This document shows, piece by piece, positions 23,440 to 37,034 of a stretch of 64,000 nucleotides of DNA. The DNA lies in assembly GCF_963921235.1 (NCBI RefSeq), contig NC_086118.1:16866001-16930000 (forward strand). The letters are read 5' to 3'. Origin of the DNA: Mobula hypostoma. Taxonomy: Eukaryota. The notes beneath the pieces are model-generated. The model had not been told where the DNA came from. It made no database searches and saw only the letters and a program-made list of their open reading frames with translations. The translations under genes were made by a program, and so were the position numbers. The stretch's first letter is position 1, and each line of letters begins with the position of its first letter.

Positions 23440-25824
23440 TGGTGGACAAAAAAAAACGAGAGTGGAGCACAGAAAAGAAAAAAGAAACAAGAAAAAGAGG
23501 ACCATGAGAAAGAAGCATTAAAAAAGACATTGAAATTGACAGAATTTTAAAAACCTGTTCTCAATGATGCAGCAGTACCATCGCTCTTGTCACAGTCTGA
23601 GACCAGTGGACAAATGGAGACTTGTTCAACAGCTAGTGCTAGCACCAGCATTAGTACCTACAATACACTAGCGTCTGACAGCGGAAGAATAGACACAGAA
23701 CTGCAAAAACAGATCGAGTCAGAGTGTGTCTACTGGACCGACGTATTGAGAAGAGTGGTGGCGATTGTGGAGTTTTTGGTCGTGAGGGGACTGACTGTCC
23801 GAGGCTCCAGTGACATATTTGGCAGGCCTGATAATGTCAACTACATGGGCATTCTAGTGGTAATAAGTGGGTTTGACCCGTTTTTGAAGGCACACATACA
23901 GAAATCTGGAAATGCAGGATCAGGCACCCCTTCATATCTTTCACCTAAAACATGTGAGTGTCATGGTCCCGTCTGGCAATTCCCCATCTTGCTATTACCT
24001 CCTTAATTGGGCCTTAATCCCTTCATCTGATTTCCAATCATGCCCAGTTCCACTAATTACAGCACACATGGTTCCCATTAGCAAACATAGGATAAAACTC
24101 GGGCCGCACAGCCATGCTTTGCCAGTTTGTTGGTCGACTCTAGTATCAGTAAACCTCATTTCCTGATTTCTTGGGACTGTCAGTTCTAAGCTCCACATCA
24201 TTTCCTGGATAACCTATGTAAACCTTGTCTCCGTGTAAAGACTCTCCTGGCTACCGGTTCCCCGTTCGCGGCGGTGCTAACGCCTCACGACTCTGCCTCC
24301 GCGCCTGTGTCCTGCAACAGTGAGGAGTTTATTGAGCTCATGAGTGATCGAGTTCTGTCAGAGATCGTGAAATCAAAATGGCCAAATACTTTTCTATTAG
24401 CATCGATTCAAGCACAGATGTTGCACACGTAGATCAACTCACATTCATTTTACGTTATGTGTCAACTGATGGAAACATTCAGGAGCGATTCTTACGATTT
24501 CTACCCATTGAGAGCCACATGGGGAGGCTTTATGTGAGTCTGTGCTCAAAGTTTAAGTTTTAGGAGAGATGAATATTGACATAAGCAACTGCAGGGGGCA
24601 GTGCTATGATAATGTTGCAAATATGGCCGGTGCATACCACTTACTGAATGGGTTCCATGTGCAGCACACACGTTGAATCTGGCTGGAATCAACAGTGTCA
24701 ACTGTTGTGTTGAAACAACTGATTTTTTTCAGCTTCATGCAGAACGTGTTCAACTTCTGCTCCAAGTCAACTTCTAGGTGGAAGGTGGTGACCGCAGGAC
24801 TTCAGCCTAATGCGAACAAGCACATTGAAACTCTGAAGTCTCTCTCTAAAAATAGATGGGCTGCACATCCAGAAGCCACACAAGCATTGTGTGGAAGTTA
24901 TGCCGCTATTCAAGATTTGTTAAAGAGCATTGCAGATGACATTAATCAGAATGTGGCAACTAGAAATGAAGCAAGGTCACTCTACAAAAAAATGGACAAG
25001 TTTGAGATAGCTTTTCTGAGCAAATTGTGGCATTGCATTCTTCAGCGCTTTGAAAGTGCAAGTGTTGCATTGCAAGCTGTAAATCTAGACCTGTGTGATG
25101 CTGTGGATTGGTGAGATCACAAAGGGGATACCTAGCAAGCTTGCGTGATCAATTTGATACCTTTGAGACCCAAGCTAAAACTATGTCTCCAACAGTCTCA
25201 CAAGAGTACAAAGAAGACACCCAATGACAAAGAAAATGTAAAGTCTTTCTGGGTGAGTCCACAACACTTGATTTTGGTTTGTCAGCCAGAGAAAAATTCT
25301 CCGCTACTGTTTTTTTTGGTCATGACAGATAGATTACTTGCAGAAATTGTCTGCAGATTTGCATCATATAATGACCTTAAAAACACATTTGGCATCCTAA
25401 ACAATATCTCTTCTCTCACTGTACAAGATCTGTGCAAGAGAGCATCTGATCTCCAAAGCAGATATTCAGCTGACCTGGAGTTAGACTTTGTGGAGGAGAT
25501 TGTCCATTTCAGGGAATTTGTAAGTAGCAAACATATTTCATCCACAACAGAGCTTTTATGCTTCCTCAGAGAAAAAAAAACTTGCAGGTCATCTTCCCCA
25601 ATGTAAGCATTGCTTTGAGGCTTTACCTGACTCTCCCTGTCACAAGTGCAAGTGGTGAGCGATCTTTCTCCAAGCTCAAGCTAGTGAAGAATAGGCTCAG
25701 ATCCACAATGGGACAGGACAGGCTGAATCCGATGTCACTTGAAAGTGATCTTGTTCGGAAACTGGATTTTAGTGATCTGATCAAGGACTTTGCTGCGAAG
25801 AAATCCAGAAGAACTAGACTTTAA
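23440..25824 (+). pseudogene. hAT transposase pseudogene (frameshifted, LTR-interrupted)
   Basis: YWTDVLRRVVAIVEFL..RGL..RG; AKYFSISIDSSTDVAHVDQLTFILRYV; RGQCYDN.ANMAG; WVPCAAHTLNL; RW; FPNVSIALRLYLTLPVTSASGERSFSKLKLVKNRLRSTMGQDRL (hAT dimerisation domain). Confidence 0.9.
23959..24319. mobile_element. Solo LTR (361 bp), probably Gypsy-type
   Basis: TGTCA...GCAACA termini; 5-bp TSD GTGAG at 23954-23958 and 24320-24324. Excision restores the transposase frame KTCEEFIELMSDRV. Confidence 0.9.
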
Positions 25825-26479
25825 TTTTGAAAAACAAGCATCTAACTTTGTAAATATCTAGGCTTATGTGTCAGTGCTGTTCCTGTTTTTGTGGCAATAG
25901 GCTAATAGTTGACTGTTTACAAACCTAGTAAGTAATAAGTGGTCTTTACTCCGCAAGCCACACAGCACAGCAACAGGTCAGTATGTGCTAGATCTCATTT
26001 TTCAAAAAGATTGTTGGAGTATTGTCAAGTTTCCTAGTTTGCCATAGTGCCATTTCTCTTGGTCTTTTTGTCTCTCATTTCCATTTTACATTCTCAGAGC
26101 ACACGGTTGAGAAAAATAACGAGCTAAAAATGCTTTGGCATTGTTTGAGAAATAAGGCCTATGGTGTGTGCAGAAATAGCTAAGATTTAAGATTGGGTAC
26201 ATCATACTTCATCTCCCTCATAACTTTACTAAGCCAACTAAGCCTAGGTCAATTTTTGAGTGCTTTAGATGCTGTCCTTCAAACTAAGAATCTGCATTAC
26301 TTTCTGTCCTCACTCTTAAGGGTTGTAAGTTTCTAGCCTACGTATTGTACTAAACCAATGTCTTGGTCCACAGCTTTGATATTTAGACCAGTATGACCTT
26401 TGCTCTTGTTCTAGCCTTTCTTCGCTTGGGACAGCAGCATTTTACAGTGTCGGCAGGACTTTTGTTTTACATTGAACCT

Positions 26480-26925
26480 TGGGAGTGTGGACACAGTTCA
26501 ACGCATCATGAAAACCAGACTTCCCTCCGTGAATTCTGCCTACACTTCTCACTATCTCAGAAAATAGCCAGCATAATCAAAGATCCAGACAGCTCTCTCA
26601 TTGGGCATAAGATACAAAAGGCCAAAAGCACATACAGCTAGACTCAAGGTCAGCTTCTACCCGTTGTCATAAGACTACTGAATGTTTTCTTAGTATTATA
26701 AGTTTGACAGCCTCCCAATTTACCTTGAAGTGACCTTTCACCTTATGTCTACCCGCACTGTACTTTCCTTGTACTGAAACATTTTATTGTGCACTCTGGG
26801 ATTGTTTTACCTGAATTATCTCCATGCACTTTTGTAGTTAATTAATCTGTATATCTGTATGCAAAACAAGTTTTTCACTGTACCTTGGTACATGTGACAA
26901 TTAGAAACCAACTTGCCAAAACTAT
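26480..26925 (+). mobile_element. Rex1-type LINE 3' fragment
   Basis: KIASIIKDP motif and Rex1-like 3' UTR ending GTACATGTGACAAT. Confidence 0.65.
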
Positions 26926-27689
26926 GGCAAACCTTCTGGCCCTTTGATTTGTCATTGGCCTGTTAACTGCCAGTAAAATCCATTCAACACTCCATGAAAG
27001 AAAGGGAGATGGAGGGTTCCTCATATCCAAATATTTTGTACTATTTACTACATGACAATACCTATTACATAGCCTTTGCACAAAACCAGTGCATCAAACT
27101 CTGTCTCATAAATGTGGGAAGAAAAGGAAAATAGACGTAGTAACTGAAATCCCCTGAGAATCCAGCAGAGACATTGAAAGTGCACCAAATTTAACACAAT
27201 GGGAGTATATACTGGTTCTTTTGGAGACCAGCAGAAAATTCCATTCACATTATGATCAGTTTCATAAATGAATAGAGTCATGAATTCGTCACCCACACAT
27301 TAAATCAAAACACTTATACTTTCTGGAAAATACACTTTTCCTCTTTTTATAATGAGTCAACTACCTGATACAATAAATAAACTGTGATTTAATTTTAACG
27401 AATAATGATTTTGTTATTTCCACTTTCATGGCTTATCAGATTAGGATGTAAATACTGTAAATACTTGGTAAATCTATATCTGTATTAATGGTTTTCAACA
27501 CTACAAGAATCCCCATCCCCAGAGATATTTCAGGGAATCATGTTGAAATGTTCATCTCCAAAACTCCTAATGTGGATCAAATGCTATTTTTACTCCTTTT
27601 CCCTTCATCTGTTTCTCAGTAGAACATCTGCTGGTTAGTCTATAAGTTCTGTTTGATGTACTTATGTAAAGGGTGCTGTAGAACTAAAT

Positions 27690-28250
27690 GGTTCCTCGAG
27701 GTTGTCATAGCCGGGGGAGGTAATGGGGACAAGCTCCCACTACCTATTAAATGCTCCCAAAGTTGTGTGTCTCAACTAGTCCGACAATCAAGTCCATCTC
27801 CTGACCTACACATGCAGCTTAGCTATTAAGCCCAGCAGAACCATTTCTACTGACAGAAGAAGGGGCAAAGGTGGGTTACTAGCAGTTTGAAACCAGACCT
27901 GGCAGATGGGGCTCGGGAGCAGAAGGAAAACTCAGATCTCAAAGCTTCGCTGCCTTGTGGCTATACCCACACATAGGGGAGGCTTTGGGAATAAACCCTG
28001 AGGGAAAATCCAGAGCAAGAGTCCCTCAGGCAGTCCAATGTTGAGTTCAACACTGACCGGCAACTCCACTGGTGCCAAAGTGTATGTCTGCTCTGTTCTT
28101 CTGGATTCATTAGCTGAGTGGAGAGGGGGAGTCTGCTGCATAGGCAACAGCTTGTTCTCCACATTGTACTGCCCAGGCTTGAGTAACAACTAGTGCATCA
28201 TGCAGACATCGAGGACGCAATATCCAGTCGACCCTGCCCATTGAAGGGTC
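27690..28250 (+). mobile_element. Non-coding ~560 bp retroelement (probable RTE-dependent non-autonomous element), copy 1
   Basis: Colinear with the reverse complement of 37716-38306 from the same 5' base (GTTCCT...). Confidence 0.65.
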
Positions 28251-28662
28251 GCACAGCTATACGATTTAGCACCCTGTTTTCTCCATGGTGTCATAGTTCT
28301 TGTGGAAAAAGCCTGGCATACACTTGGCGCATTTGACATAAAGAGCTAAAGCATGTTGGGTCCTCAAAGAAAAACTATGGATTCACTATTCTAAGGTGGA
28401 GTTAGTCGTGTTCAGAAACAGTGATTCATTGATCCTGTGAGGATTGTGACCTCTGACAGGAAGTTAACCAGTGACCCCGACTTTCTCCAATGAAGTGACA
28501 AGCTTTTCTTGCTAACCCCTTTTAAATGCATGAAAACTACATGGCTGTAGACTGAATTGTTTTTCATTTCCATACTGCGTATAGTTATTCACTATTATCA
28601 TTGTTGTTTCAACTTGTTAACAAGTTTAAACTTCAATAATAACAGCACATAACTATACACTT

Positions 28663-29190
28663 AGACCATAAGATCCTAAGCTATAGGAGCAGAATTAGGC
28701 TATTTGGCCCATCTCACTGTTACCATCAGGTAGGAGGTACAGAAGCCTGAAGGCACACACTCAGTGATTCAGGAACAGCTTGTTCCCCTCTGCCATCCGA
28801 TTCCTAAATCAACATTGAAACTTTGGACACTACCTCACTTTTTATCAATATACAGTATTTCTGTTTTTGCACTTTTTAAAAAATCTATTCAATATATGTA
28901 ATGATTTACTTGTTTATTTATTATTTTATATATATATTTCTCTCTGCTAGATTATGTACAGTATTCCATTGAACTGCTGCGGCTAAGTTAATTTCGTGTC
29001 ACATGCTGGTGATAATAAACCTGATTCTGATTCAGGTCTCATCACGGCTTATCTATTTTCCCTCTCAGCCCCAATTGCCTGTCTACCCCCGCTTCTCCCA
29101 CCCTGTATAGCTTCATGCCCTGACTAATCAAGAGTCTAATAAGACCACAAGGTATAGGAGTAAAATTTAGCTATTTCGCCTATCAAACAT
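28663..29190. mobile_element. CR1 3' ends (minus) with a Rex1 3' fragment (plus, ~28712-29033) inserted
   Basis: ACCATAAGA...ATAGGAGCAGAATTAGGC CR1 tail; Rex1 tail AATAAACCTGATTCTGATTC. Confidence 0.7.
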
Positions 29191-29554
29191 TTGATACCCT
29201 ACTATCTTCATCATGATTTCTTGATTTTTTGAAGATCGTCATTTATGCTGGTGCCATTTCAATCACAGAAACATTTATTAATAATTTTCAAATTACTTCT
29301 TATGGTCAATAGCATAGACCATGGGTTGCAAACCATTTTGAGAGCGTATGGCCAAATTGATAACAACCTTTTAAAAATTTCTCTCACATGGCATGATAAT
29401 TTTGAGCAAAGATTATCATTAATTAATGAATTAGTAACAATAAAGTTCAAAGGTTCATTTATTATCAAAGTGTACAGCTCTGTGGTGTCAAAATAGTTGT
29501 TATGACACATCTAGTGTATTGGGTAGTGCTTGTCGATTTCACTTCCAGCTTCTA

Positions 29555-30112
29555 CCACTGGCTAGCAGTCTTGCGAAAAGGCAAGCTGAGTGTGTAAGTC
29601 TCTCCCTGCCAGTACATAGCCTCTCCAACAGCAAGCTTCATATAGTGCCTCCTCGCTGGTGACACACAGAAACTGAACTCCTTTTGGACTCAGGCTGAAC
29701 TACAGAGGATGGGGAGGAGGTCTGGCCCCCGCACACGTAGCACGCAGGCCCACCGGTGTGTGGACATGGCCTGGTGCTCGTGAACCAGATCCCCAGCTAT
29801 GGGTAAATAGCCCCACTGCCTTGTGTGCAGCTTCAGGTGAGACCAAGTCTAGGGGAGTAAACCCAGACAGCAAATCCAGAGCGGAGCCCCTAAGGTGGCT
29901 GGATGTCATTGAACCTCCTTTCGGCAGCTCCTGCAGCCAAGCTGGTACCAAATGAATTCTTTGATAAGCTTTCCTTTGTGCTACACTGGCGAGGCCGAGA
30001 GAGGGATCTTGACAACTGAGTATCTCAGGATCTCCATACTTTCCACCCAGGCTTGTGACGATGATCATCATCACCCATTGTTCTTCGAGACAGACAGACG
30101 CCAACCACCATA
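29555..30112 (+). mobile_element. Probable RTE-derived non-autonomous element (second family)
   Basis: GC-richer block resembling an RTE 5' UTR, with an RTE-like 3' end (TTCTTCGAGACAGACAGACGCCAACCACC). Single copy here. Confidence 0.45.
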
Positions 30113-30124
30113 CGGCTTGAAATT

Positions 30125-30790
30125 CTTCTTCAGACAGACACAAAACCAAGAAAGAAAAGAATGGCAACCCAATCATCAATCCCTAAATTCCTCCACCCCG
30201 CACAAAAAATTAACAAAAATGGAACAGGTACATCAACTCCCCCCAAATCACACTCCCCGTACTCAAAAAAACAAGAAACATCGGGTGTAAAACAGAGAAT
30301 ATAAAGAACTACAAATCTGAAAAAATCTCTGTAGTCCAAGTCCATATCCAAAACGCAGAAAACCGGGTAACATTCTCCAGGGACAGTAGCAGGTCTTTCC
30401 CTCAATGTAGCAGAGTGATCCCACCAGGGATCAAAAGGCAGTCTCCTCTCTCCACAGTGGAGCGATCCCTCCAGCGATCAAACGGCAGGCAGCTGGTGCT
30501 CACCTTCCACATTCCCCTCAATCTCATTTGTCGTTTCAAAGATCAGTTCGCAGCCTTCTCATCACGAGGTTCACTCACGCTACCTCTGCCTCCCGGAATT
30601 CTCTCGGAGACTGCAGAGCACCCAAACAATCTCCAAACTGCAAATCACAGACTCCTGCAGTTCCAGAATCACATTCAAGATGAAAAACGAATGTAAAAGA
30701 CATAAAAGAAGTGAAATATATGGTATTATAATCTATCCAGGAGATGCTGAACAAAGGAGCGTTGTACGGAAGTGCCATCTTGACTGTCAG
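30125..30790 (-). mobile_element. 5' UTR region of a Rex1-type LINE
   Basis: Minus strand begins AGTCAAGATGGCAC (AAGATGGC internal-promoter motif). No intact ORF. Confidence 0.5.
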
Positions 30791-31880
30791 CAGAAACCAT
30801 GCTTATGTATGTGTTTTCATTGCTTTATTATTAATGAGTATAACAGAGAGAGATTGAAATAAATGATGTATTTTAGAAAACCTGTTCAAAAATTAATATT
30901 ATATTTTAAAAAAGACAAATAAAAAAGAACATAATTTGTAAGTAGTATTGTTATTGCAACTCAAATGTAACATATATGTTTTGTTTTTGATCACTTTTAT
31001 CACAAAGCCATTCATGAACATTTTCAGAATATTACTTTAAAGAGGAAGACCTGCACATCACTGTTTTGGAACTTAAGATGCACAATGCTTTATCACCCCT
31101 TTTAATCATGCCAACTCTTTCACTCCACCACTCTTGATAATCCCTTCTTCTTCTCCCATCATTAAATCACTTCTGTTTCTTTGCTGGTGTATCTAACTTA
31201 CTTAACAAGCTGAAAAGGGTAAACACAATTTTAAAATGTCACCGATAAACTTAAATAACATAGTTTTTCTAATATAATTATGTTAACTGCAATAAAAAAT
31301 CATGGAGTTGCTAAATTACATAACTGGTATTAGCAATAAATATCCAGTATTCACTCAGAAACAACAGAAGTAAAAAATAGAAACAGAGTGAAGCCAATGC
31401 CAACTGGCCCAACCATTTACTATCCAAAAATGATGGTCTGCAAGGATTTCAAAATGTAACATCCAATGTCTCTTGTCTTCAACCATCTAGCTGGTGCCAA
31501 ACTGGCATGAGATGTTTACTGTGAAAATATCTCACTGTTCTTGGGTTGTAAAAAAAAATACCATGCTGTTTCATTTGGCAGTAAAGATAATCATTATGCA
31601 TGTTTTTATTATGGATAGGGCGACAATGCATGGTGTGTGACAAGAACATTTTTACACCTGCCATCTTAGGCACCTGTGCCATAGGTTCGCCACTCTGGGA
31701 ATACAGAACTATACAGCACAGAAATAAGCCCTTCCGCCTAGGATGTGTGAGCCAAACACAACGCCAAATTAAACTAAATCTCTCCCTCCTGAAAATGATG
31801 CCTATTCCTACATTTCCTGAGGGATTATTTCAGAAGAAGGCATCTAATTGTATCCTTATAGTTAATAGATACATTAGATA

Positions 31881-31940
31881 TTCATCATAATGGTGTTGAG
31901 GTCTTCATCGACGACGGCAATGGACAAACAACAACAACAC
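31881..31940 (+). mobile_element. Extremely 5'-truncated RTE LINE 3' end with (CAA)n tail
   Basis: TAATGGTGTTGAGGTCTTCATCGACGACG matches the reverse complement of 39440-39482. Possible TSD GATACATTAGATA (31868) / GATAAATTAGAAA (31941). Confidence 0.65.
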
Positions 31941-32242
31941 GATAAATTAGAAACAAAATTAAAGGACTCCAACATGGTAAAAAAAACTCTTATTATAAGC
32001 TGTTCTATTTACTCGAACATACACTACAGCTGTATGTGATATAAATTATACCAATCTTTATACCAATTTAGTCTTCAGGTATCAAATCATCGAGTTATAT
32101 AGCATAGAAACAGGCTTCTGAGCCCAGTGATTCAGTGTCAAGCATCAACCACAAATTTATACTAATTCCACATGAATCCTATTTCTTATTCGCTCCACAT
32201 TATTATCAATCTCACATATTCCCACTACATGTCCTAACCTAA

Positions 32243-34812
32243 AACTTCGACAAACTTCTAAAGATGCATAGTGGCGAGTATAGTGACTGGTCGCATCACA
32301 GCCTGGTATGGAAACACCAATGCCCTTGAATGGAAAATCTAACAGAAAATAGTGGATTCTGCCTGGTACATCACGAGTAAAGTCCTCCCAACCATTCAGC
32401 ATACCTACATGAAATGCTGTCGCCGGAAAGCAACGTCTATCATCAGAGGCCCGCGCCACCCAGGTCCTGCTCTCTTTTCACTGCTGCCAGCAGGTAGGAG
32501 GTACAAGACTTGCACCACCAGGTTCAAAGACAGTTCCTACCCCTCAGTCATCAGACTCTTGAACAAAAGAGGATAACTACACTCAACTTCACTTGCCTCA
32601 TCGTTGAAACGTTCCCAAAACCAATGCTATCACTTTCAAGAAATCTTTACCTCATGTTCTCGTTATTTATTGCTACTTATTTATATTTTCTTTTGCACAG
32701 CCTGTTGTCTTCTGCACTCTGGGCAACCTTTCATTCATCCTGTTATAGTTACTATCCTATAGATTTGCTGAGTATGCCTACAGGAAAATAGAACATAGAA
32801 CATAGAATAGTACAGCACAGGCCCTTGGGCTCACAATGTTGTGCTGACCCTCAAACCCTGCCTCCCATATAAGCCCCCACCTTAGATTCCTCCATATACC
32901 TGTCGAGTAGTCTCTTAAACTTCACTAGTGTATCTGCCTCCACCACTGACTCAGGCAGTGCATTCCACGCACCAACCACTCTCCGAGTAAAAGAACCTTC
33001 CTCTAATATCCCCCTTGAACTTCCCACCCCTTACCTTAAAGCCATGTCCCCTTGTACTGAGCAGTGGTGCCCTGGGGAAGAGGCGCTGGCTATCCACTCT
33101 ATCTATTCCTCTTATTATCTTGTACACCTCTATCATGTCTCCTCTCATCCTCCTTCTCTCCAAAGAGTAAAGCCCTAGCTCCCTTAATCTCTGATCATAA
33201 TGCATACTTTCTAAACCAGGCAGCATCCTGGTAAATCTCCCCTGTACCCTTTCCAAAGCTTCCACATCCTTCCTATAGTGAGGTGACCAAAACTGGACAC
33301 AGTAGTCCAATTGTGGCCCAACCAGAGTTTTATAGAGCTGCATCATTACATCGCGACTCTTAAACTCTATCCCTCGACTTATGAAAGCTAACACCCTATA
33401 AGCTTTCTTAACTACCCTATCCACCTGTGAGGCAACTTTCAGGGATCTGTGGACATGTACCCTGAGATCCCTCTGCTCCTCCACACTACCAAATATCCTG
33501 CCATTTACTTTGTACTCTGCCTTGGAGTTTGTCCTTCCAAAGTGTACAATCTCACACTTCTCCGGGTTGAACTCCATCTGCCACTTCTCAGCCCACTTCT
33601 GCATCCTATCACTGTCTCTCTGCAATCTTTGTCAATCCTCTACACTATCTACAACACCACCAACCTTTGTGTCGTCGGCAAACTTGCCAACCCACACTTC
33701 TACCCCTACATCCAGGTCGTTAATAAAAATCACGAAAAATAGAGGTCCCAGAACAGATCCTTGTGGGACACCACTAGTCACAATCCTCCAATCTGAATGT
33801 ACTCCCTCCACCACCACCCTCTGCCTTCTGCAGGCAAGCCAATACTGAATCCACCTGGCCAAACTTCCCTGGATCCCATGACTTCTAACTTTCTGAATAA
33901 GCCTACTGTGTGGAACCTTGTCAAATGCCTTACCAAAATCCATATAGATCACATCCACTGCACTACCCTCATCTATATGCCTGGTCACCTCCTCAAAGAA
34001 CTCTATCAGGCTTGTTAGACACGATCTGCCCTTCACAAAGCCATGCTGACTGTCCCTAATCAGACCATGATTCTCTAAATGCCTATAGATCCTATCTCTA
34101 AGAATCTTTTCCAACAGCTTTCCCACCACAGACGTAAGGCTCACTGGTCTATAATTACCTGGACTATCCCTACTACCCTTTTTGAACAAGGGAACAACAT
34201 TCACCTCCCTCCAATCCTCCGCTACCATTCCCATGGACAACGAGGACATAAAGATCCTAGCCAGAGGCTCAGCAATCTCTTCTCTCGCCTCGTGGAGCAG
34301 CCTGGGGAATATTCCATCAGGCCCTGGGGACTTATCTGTCCTAATGTATTTTAACAACTCCAACACCTCCTCTCCCTTAATATCAACATGCTCCAGAACA
34401 TCAACCTCACTCATACTGTCCTCACCATCATCAAGTTCCCTCTCATTGGTGAATACCGAAGAGAAGTATTCATTGAGGACCTCGCTCACTTCCACAGCCT
34501 CCAGGCACATCTTCCCACCTTTATCTCTAGTCGGTCCTACCTTCACTCCTGTCATCCTTTTTTTTCTTCACATAATTGAAGAATGTTTTGGGGTTTTCCT
34601 TTACCCCACTCGCCAAGGTCTTCTCATGCCCCCTTCTTGCTCTTCTCAGCCCCTTCTTAAGCTCCTTTCTTGCTTCCCTATATTCCTCAATAGACCCATC
34701 TGATCCTTGCTTCCTAAACCTCATGTATGCTGCCTTCTTCCACCTGAATGAATCTCCGAGTTGCATAGAGTGACATATACAGTATGTACTCTGATAATAA
34801 ATTTACTTTGAC
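32243..34812 (+). mobile_element. Rex1 LINE 3' fragment split by a CR1 insertion (parts 32243-32789 and 34747-34812)
   Basis: TNF.RC.V.SI.TG.ITAWYG, TTRFKDS.YPSVIRLLN. The tail resumes AATGAATCTC...GATAATAAATTTACTTTGA after the CR1. Confidence 0.82.
32790..34746 (-). mobile_element. Young 5'-truncated CR1 LINE (RT domain nearly intact)
   Basis: ORFs 33632..34555 (307 aa; [47 protein letters not shown]) and 32951..33625 (224 aa). (TTCTATG)n-type tail. Confidence 0.95.
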
Positions 34813-35030
34813 GTGGACCATTCCCCCAATCTCTATCAATCACCCACATACCAGGGGAAACTGGCCAAATAACCTACAAATCCAGATGATTTTTTGGATT
34901 TAGGAAGCAACATGCACACCCTGAGGAAACCTGTGCAGTCACAATGCAAATGCCACACAGAAAAGCACCCATGGTCAGATTTATACTCAGCTGTGGCACT
35001 GTGAGGCATTATCTCTACTAACTGTGCCAG
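34813..35030 (-). mobile_element. HE1-like V-SINE (5' half; its 3' tail is at ~32090-32242)
   Basis: Decayed tRNA-like head and V-domain-like core, shared with 41590-41850 and 57150-57450. Confidence 0.6.
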
Positions 35031-35596
35031 CGCGCAAGAACAAAAACGGTAAACATTACTTTAACAAAATCAGTATCAGGCTACATGCAGCACGCTGAAC
35101 AAGGAACGCCAAGTCTGGTTACACTTCCACTGCTCGACGTGACCAGTAATGATATAGAAGGTCAACAAGATCGATCTCAAATGCAAAGAAATGACTGTAG
35201 GAACTCAGCAGTCAGAAAAGGAACCAGTGAGCAAGGAAAAGTGTGCCACAAATGTTACTTCAATTTAAACAAAATCATTTAGGACCAATAACTTTAAATT
35301 AGTAAAAAGAAAATTTTAAACATAGAAAAGAGAAGCCCTTTATCTGAGTGATAAATATTTGGAAGAATCTGCCAGATATAATGATAGAAACAAATTCATG
35401 AAAGGTAGTCAAAATGCAGCTGAATGCCACAATGGGATATGCTACAATGGGGCAAACCCTTCAATTGTTAGTATTTTTTCTTGTATACTTTATCAACACC
35501 TGTACTCCCTGTAGATATTCAAACTGTAAAAGTCAGACATGATCTTTTAAATATACAGTATTGCTTTTCTTAAAACAATTCAGCAGAGTAAATTGG

Positions 35597-36300
35597 TGTA
35601 AGGGGTTTCTTTTTTTTATGTCACTACGTAGTTTAATTAAAACGGCTTCTTTGTTATGTTATAATTGAAAGGGATTCTTTGTTATGTTAACTGCTGAGAA
35701 AGTCCTTCCCACTAGCAGTTTGTTTGAATCACGTTACTGATAAGAAGATGTTAAGAACAAATTGCGATAGTTGTTATGTTTTTGGTGTATCTGTAAGATA
35801 TTGTATGCACGGGGTTTTGGGGCAGAAGGGGGGAGAGAGAGACAGAAGATGGACCAGGTGCTGTGAGTCCGCTAACGGGGTCGGACCCCGAGCGGAGCGT
35901 TCGGCGAGGAGAGGAGATGGAGACGGACTCCTGCGGAGTGTCTGGTTGACCACTGGTGGTGGTCCCAGGTGGCCGGTCGAGGTGGTCCGAGGGGTCGCAG
36001 GGTGAAGAAGAAGTTGGGTCCTGAGCTCCAACTGTTTGTGCTCGAAGAGATTGAACTTTGTTAAGTGTGACGCCTTTTATTTTCCTTTTATATCTTATTC
36101 TCTATTAATTATATAGTTCCAGTAATATCTATAAACTGTAAATCATTTAATCGTATCTGGTGTATTGTTTGTTATTTGGGCAGGGTGGGGTACAACACAC
36201 AGCATCCACACAAACTGAATCCCCAGTTTGGCGGGGCCAAGGGCTGTTTCCCTAGACGACAGCGAGCCGAGCGACCCTGAGGCTGGCCAGGGGGGCTACA
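35597..36300. mobile_element. Solo LTR (704 bp), probably Gypsy-type
   Basis: TGTA...TACA termini; 4-bp TSD TTGG at 35593-35596 and 36301-36304; CpG-rich interior indicates a young insertion. Confidence 0.88.
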
Positions 36301-37034
36301 TTGGTTTATTGAGATTATTTACTAAACCAGGGAAAACGCTTGTTTTGCGGATCATTTCACTGTAACAGTGCATTAAGGTAGTAGAAGGAAAAACAATGAC
36401 AGGTTGTTGCAGTTGCAAATAAAGTGCAGTGCAGGTAGATAGTGAGGCACAAGGCCATAATGGGGTAGATTATGAGGTTAAAAGTTGCTCTTACTGTATT
36501 AGAGGACCATTTAATAATCTCACAACAATGCATAGAAGCTGCTCTTGACCATGATGGTTATGTGCTTTCAGGCTTTTGTATCTTCTGCCTGATGGGGGAG
36601 GTGTGTGGGATCTTTGATTATGCTGACTGCTTTACTGAGGTTGCAAGAAGTACAGACAAAGTCAATGGAGGCAGATTGATTTCTGCGATGTGTTCAGCTG
36701 TGACCACAACTTTACAGTTTCTTGTGGCCACCGGCAGAGTAGTTGTCAGAGCAAGCCGAGCTCCATCTGGATAGGATGCTTCCTGAGGTGCATCGATAAA
36801 AATTGGTAAGGGTCAAATTTCTTTAGCCTCCTGAGTAGGTAGAGGTGTTGATGGACTTTCTTGCCCGTGACATTTATGTGGTCGGACCAGACCAGGTTAT
36901 TGATGATGTTCACTCCTAGATACTTGAAATTCTCAGCCCTGTCAACCTCTGATGTAAAGTCTGCTGATGTAAACAGGAATATGAGCATCATCCCTCTTCC
37001 TGAAATCTTTTGTTTTGCTGACATTGTTGTCATG

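Larger units (their letters stand above)
23354..26450 (+). mobile_element. hAT transposon (Tip100/Zaphod, ZMYM1-like transposase class), decayed; right end not seen
   Basis: Left end CAGGGCTAGACTTTAGG with GGGCCC subterminal repeats. Transposase remnants follow. The right boundary is approximate. Confidence 0.8.

Noticed and set aside
23587..25824. Possible host ZMYM1/zinc-finger MYM-type gene
   Set aside because: Intronless, with multiple frameshifts and stops, an LTR insertion and a hAT terminal repeat at 23354: a dead transposase, not a domesticated gene.
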